Positions 60,549 to 64,000 of a DNA stretch of 64,000 bases are shown piece by piece. This stretch comes from Flavobacteriales bacterium. Its GTDB lineage: Bacteria > Bacteroidota > Bacteroidia > Flavobacteriales_C > GCA-002722245. Position numbers and translations under genes: made by a program. Position 1 is the first letter of the stretch, and each line of letters opens with the position of its first letter. The notes under the pieces are model-generated. The model saw only the letters and a list, made by a program, of their open reading frames with translations. It was not told the origin of the DNA and did no database searches. The stretch spans positions 4,845 through 68,844 of the forward strand of contig JBJTOK010000030.1 in NCBI GenBank assembly GCA_046074525.1. Direction: 5' to 3'.

Positions 60549-60884
60549 CTAATTTTCTTTCGAAAATATATCCTTGTCCCATTTACGGAATTCGTAATAT
60601 TTGCTTTTGGGTTCTCCCGTCCAGCCATTGATTCCTTTTTTCCTTGGTAAATAATATCCGTGTATGAGGATCAGCGGAACGATGAAACTTGAAAGAAATA
60701 GCATGGCGGCTATCCTGCCCAGGAAAACAGAAATGCAACAAACTATTAAAAGCGTTAAAAGATATTTTCCAACTCTCCGGATTTTAGGTGTCCGTTCTTC
60801 AAAATGCCCCATCAAAATATTGCCTAAAGCGAAGATGATACTGACGATTGCAATTTCAAACCAGAGTGATTCGGTTGTCCACAT
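60549..60884 (-). CDS. Small hypothetical membrane protein
   Basis: Three TM segments; GHFEERTP and GINGWTGEPK..YY..R.W motifs. Confidence 0.7.
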   Translation of the reverse strand: MWTTESLWFEIAIVSIIFALGNILMGHFEERTPKIRRVGKYLLTLLIVCCISVFLGRIAAMLFLSSFIVPLILIHGYYLPRKKGINGWTGEPKSKYYEFRKWDKDIFSKEN

Positions 60885-60927
60885 ATTTGTTTTTTTGTTT
60901 AAGATTATCCTTCATAGCCTTGAGCTT

Positions 60928-61281
60928 CTACTTCCTCAAAATCTTCTCCATTGTTTTCCCCTTTGCCAATTCGTCGATCAGCTTATCCAGATAACGAACC
61001 TTTTGTACGAGTTTATCTTCGATATCTTCCACGCGATAGCCGCAAATTACACCGGTTATTTTTGAAGCATTTTCATTGAGTTGTGGCGCCTGTGCGAAGA
61101 AGGTTTCAAAATCGGTTTTTTTGTCGATTTGCTGTTGCAAGGTTTTTTGATTGTAGCCCGTCAGCCAAAAAATAATGGTGTCCACTTCTTCTTTTGTACG
61201 ACCTTTTTTCTCCACCTTGGTAAGGTATAAAGGATAAACAGAGGCAAAGGGCATTTTGTATACGCGGGCGATATTTTTCAT
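60928..61281 (-). CDS. DUF2200 family protein
   Basis: [26 protein letters not shown] and [13 protein letters not shown] motifs. Confidence 0.92.
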   Translation of the reverse strand: MKNIARVYKMPFASVYPLYLTKVEKKGRTKEEVDTIIFWLTGYNQKTLQQQIDKKTDFETFFAQAPQLNENASKITGVICGYRVEDIEDKLVQKVRYLDKLIDELAKGKTMEKILRK

Positions 61282-61509
61282 TTTATCAAAGATAGGTACA
61301 ACACTAATTTATAAAATTAGCCTTTATCAGTATTTGAGAATAAGGGTTTCCATCATTTATTTCTTCCATAATGTTTTAATCAATAATTCATTTGCTGCAT
61401 ATGATTCACTATGTCATTTTTAATTCTCACTTCATTTCTTACCCAAAGTCAAGGAATTTAAGTGTTGTGGCAAGCTAGCTTTGATTTATTAATTGTAATT
61501 CTTGATAAA

Positions 61510-61899
61510 ATGAAAGCGAAAAAAGATTTACTCACCTATTTATGGTTGTTTCTTGTTCTTAATTACTTGTATTGCGATGTGGTTGGGTTGATGGACGCCA
61601 ATTTATTGAGTCAGTATTTAAAAGGATCTGTAAATGGTGTGGCGATTTCGGCAGACTTTTTATTTAGCGCATCGGTATTGATGGAGCTTCCCATTGGCAT
61701 GGTACTTATTTCAAAATTATCACCTTATAAAATCAATAGGATGGCCAATATGATTGTAAGTTTTTTAATGACAAGTGTACAAGTCACCACTTTGTTTTTA
61801 GGGAAACCCACCTCATATTATATATTCTTTTCAGTGATTGAAGTGGCCACGTCTGTAGCCATATTCATGATTTCCCTGAAGTGGAAAAACGAAAATTGA
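61510..61899 (+). CDS. DUF6326-like small membrane protein
   Basis: LWLFLVLNYLYCD..., LMELP..M..., YYIFF..IE; likely ATG at 61510. Confidence 0.7.
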   Translation: MKAKKDLLTYLWLFLVLNYLYCDVVGLMDANLLSQYLKGSVNGVAISADFLFSASVLMELPIGMVLISKLSPYKINRMANMIVSFLMTSVQVTTLFLGKPTSYYIFFSVIEVATSVAIFMISLKWKNEN

Positions 61900-61927
61900 A
61901 ACATCAACAATTATTAATTATCTACTT

Positions 61928-62569
61928 ATGAAAGCAACAGTTATTTCTTTAAGAATTCTTTATCCATTGTGGGCTATTGTTGGAATGTTTAGTTTGCTGT
62001 ATGTTCCATCTCAATTGGTGGACTTCAATGATCCTTTGCTCACGGCAAAGGAAATTGGGGCCAATGAGCTGCTTTTCCGAGTGGGGATTATGGGGAGCTT
62101 GGTCACTCAATTGCTTTTCATTTTAATTGCCTGGCTGTTGGGACAATTGTTTAATAACACAAGTAAAAAAGCGGTGCAGTGGATGCTCATTTTATCTTTT
62201 ATCAGTGTGCCGATGGCAATGTTTAATGAGTTAAATCATGTTGCAGCATTGTTAAACATTGCGGATCCATCCCGAATGCTGTTCTTTTTAAAGCTTCATC
62301 AGATGGGGATTAATATTGCCTCTTTTTTCTGGGGATTATGGCTTTTTCCGCTGGGCAATCTCATTTACAAATCAGGCGCTGTTCCTAAATGGATAGGCGC
62401 AACAGTGATGATAGCAGGATTAGGGTATTTCTGTGCTGCATTGATCAAGATTGTTTTTCCTAACGCTACGGCTTTATTACCCGTTTTTGAGGCTTGTACT
62501 TTTGGCGAAGTATTATGGATGTTGTGGCTGACAATAGTGGGGACCAAGAAGAGCTGGATTCCAGTCTAG
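61928..62569 (+). CDS. DUF4386 family membrane protein
   Basis: LFRVGI, FFWGLWLFPLG.L.YKSG..PKWIG and GEVLWMLWL motifs. Confidence 0.8.
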   Translation: MKATVISLRILYPLWAIVGMFSLLYVPSQLVDFNDPLLTAKEIGANELLFRVGIMGSLVTQLLFILIAWLLGQLFNNTSKKAVQWMLILSFISVPMAMFNELNHVAALLNIADPSRMLFFLKLHQMGINIASFFWGLWLFPLGNLIYKSGAVPKWIGATVMIAGLGYFCAALIKIVFPNATALLPVFEACTFGEVLWMLWLTIVGTKKSWIPV

Positions 62570-63174
62570 CTCTTTTTTACTATACGTTTTCTAATTCGGC
62601 TCAAAGATTCGGCAGTAACACCAAGAAAACTGGCAATTTGATGCAGGGGCACTCTGTTGAATAATTCAGGGCGGTTTTCCAGTAAATCCTGGTATCGTTC
62701 TTCGGCACTTGAAGTGATGAATTTTGTCATCTCGTCCTGATAGGTTCCGGTATGCTTTTCAACTTCGGCCCTGATGACCGATCTTAATCGAGGAATTAAT
62801 TGACACATTTCTTCTTCAAGAGAGGAAGTACCAATGGTTAAAATGCAATCTTCGACACAAATCAAGTTGTGTGTTGCTTTTGATTTAGTGGTGGCACTGG
62901 TGAATGAATTAACGGGTTGGCCTTCTGTGTAAAATGCGGTGGATTTTTCTTCGCCGTTCTTAATAATGAATTCTCTAACACATCCCTGTAAAACCAAATA
63001 ACAGTGCTTAGCCACTTCACCTTCTTTGAGTAAATAACTTCCTTTTTTAAATGCTTTAATAGTGGAGTTGTCTACAATCAATTGGATTTCCTCTTTGCTT
63101 AGCATGGCATCAAAGCGCGACAAAAACTGCAGAAGCAAGAGTTTCATTTCTGGTAATGTATCGTTTTTTTTCAT
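62566..63174 (-). CDS. Crp/Fnr family transcriptional regulator
   Basis: KKG..LLKEGEV, GCVR, AEERY..LL..RP and IASFLGVT.ESLSRIR motifs. Confidence 0.92.
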   Translation of the reverse strand: MKKNDTLPEMKLLLLQFLSRFDAMLSKEEIQLIVDNSTIKAFKKGSYLLKEGEVAKHCYLVLQGCVREFIIKNGEEKSTAFYTEGQPVNSFTSATTKSKATHNLICVEDCILTIGTSSLEEEMCQLIPRLRSVIRAEVEKHTGTYQDEMTKFITSSAEERYQDLLENRPELFNRVPLHQIASFLGVTAESLSRIRKRIVKKS

Positions 63175-63184
63175 TGCGGATTAA

Positions 63185-63730
63185 TTATTTTCTGATGTAA
63201 TGACTTTGTACCATTTCTCCCAGGAATACTTCGGTTTTTACATGGTGAAAAGTTAAGTGTTGATCCAATTCACCAAATAAGGGGCTGCCGCCGCCCAATA
63301 ATACTGGGATGGTGGTGATGATCATTTCATCAATCAGGCCTTCTTTCAGCAAACTTTGGATGGTGTTCCCGCCATCTATATACAGTTGCTGATGACCAAG
63401 TGCGTTCAATTGTGCCAACACTTCTTTTGCAGTGCCTTTAACCAATTGTACTTTGCCTTTTGCCTTTTCGGGAACCTTGTTCAGGGTAGTGCTCCATACA
63501 AAAACAGGTTTAGTGTAAGGCCATTCAATGTCAAAACCACAAACTGTTTCAAAGCTATTACGGCCCATAAGTAAGGCATCAATTCCATTCATAAATTGTC
63601 CATATCCCGCATCTTCGTGTAGAGGGTTAGGTATGCTGTGCAGCCAATCCAATCCACCGTTTTTGTCGGCAATAAAGCCATCCAGACTTTTTGCGATAAA
63701 CACCTTGTTTTTCCTTTCGTTCATGAGCAT
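63185..63730 (-). CDS. Dihydrofolate reductase family (RibD C-terminal-like) protein
   Basis: FIAKSLDGFIA, LMGRNSFE, YIDGG and LIDE...T.IPVLLGGG motifs. Confidence 0.9.
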   Translation of the reverse strand: MLMNERKNKVFIAKSLDGFIADKNGGLDWLHSIPNPLHEDAGYGQFMNGIDALLMGRNSFETVCGFDIEWPYTKPVFVWSTTLNKVPEKAKGKVQLVKGTAKEVLAQLNALGHQQLYIDGGNTIQSLLKEGLIDEMIITTIPVLLGGGSPLFGELDQHLTFHHVKTEVFLGEMVQSHYIRK

Positions 63731-63877
63731 TAGCTTTGAGAAATAAAGATAGTATTTATGCTTTGTGTTCGGGTTTTAATAAAATATTTTTCTGCGGAGT
63801 AGGGGTATTTTATTTTAATCTTGTCATAACTTAAGAGAACAATATTGGTAAGTTATCTTTGAGTAGAAAGACGGCTG

Positions 63878-64000
63878 ATGCATTTAGATACAAAAGAACA
63901 GTGGAGCGCTATACAACAAGGCAGTGTCAAGGCTTTTGAAGTTTTGTTCAAAATGCTTTATGCCCCCTTGTGTCGCCATGCTTTCCTTATTTTGAAAGAT
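63878..64000 (+). CDS. ECF-type RNA polymerase sigma-70 factor (3'-partial, runs out of the window)
   Basis: Translated by hand as MHLDTKEQWSAIQQGSVKAFEVLFKMLYAPLCRHAFLILKD, a typical ECF region 2 start; TATCTTTG -7 box at 63854. Confidence 0.7.
   Translation, partial: MHLDTKEQWSAIQQGSVKAFEVLFKMLYAPLCRHAFLILKD

Noticed and set aside
1-64000. tRNA, rRNA, IS transposases, prophage structural genes
   Set aside because: None were recognised by eye; tRNAscan-SE, Infernal and ISEScan would be needed to exclude them formally

Overview
This window is chromosomal DNA from a Bacteroidota bacterium. That call rests on TAnnTTTG-type promoters, T9SS sorting domains and a short RpoD lacking region 1.1. 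Most of the window is core or typical accessory genes: rpsF-rpsR-rplI, purK/purE, adk, obgE, purL, rpoD, aconitase, pgi, hemE, and many secreted or membrane proteins. The main feature is a 5,440-bp tyrosine-integrase element (32878-38341) inserted inside an ORF6N-domain gene, at a DNA palindrome that encodes the protein motif NLRSQ(I/F)ATSS. Removing the element restores the reading frame and a perfect 15-bp-arm palindrome. The element has arm-type repeats and IHF-like sites at its ends. It carries an integrase fused in frame to half of an ATPase, hsdM, a YhcG/DUF1016 gene with its own tandem att-like palindromes, and a truncated hsdS. Other items worth checking: a promoter-to-terminator structured sRNA candidate after rpoD, a 240-bp nested inverted-repeat (REPIN/MITE-like) element, a four-gene block bracketed by near-identical terminators, an uncharacterised pair of coiled-coil genes, and a shared upstream motif. 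No rRNA, tRNA or CRISPR array was seen. All calls were made by eye, without database searches.
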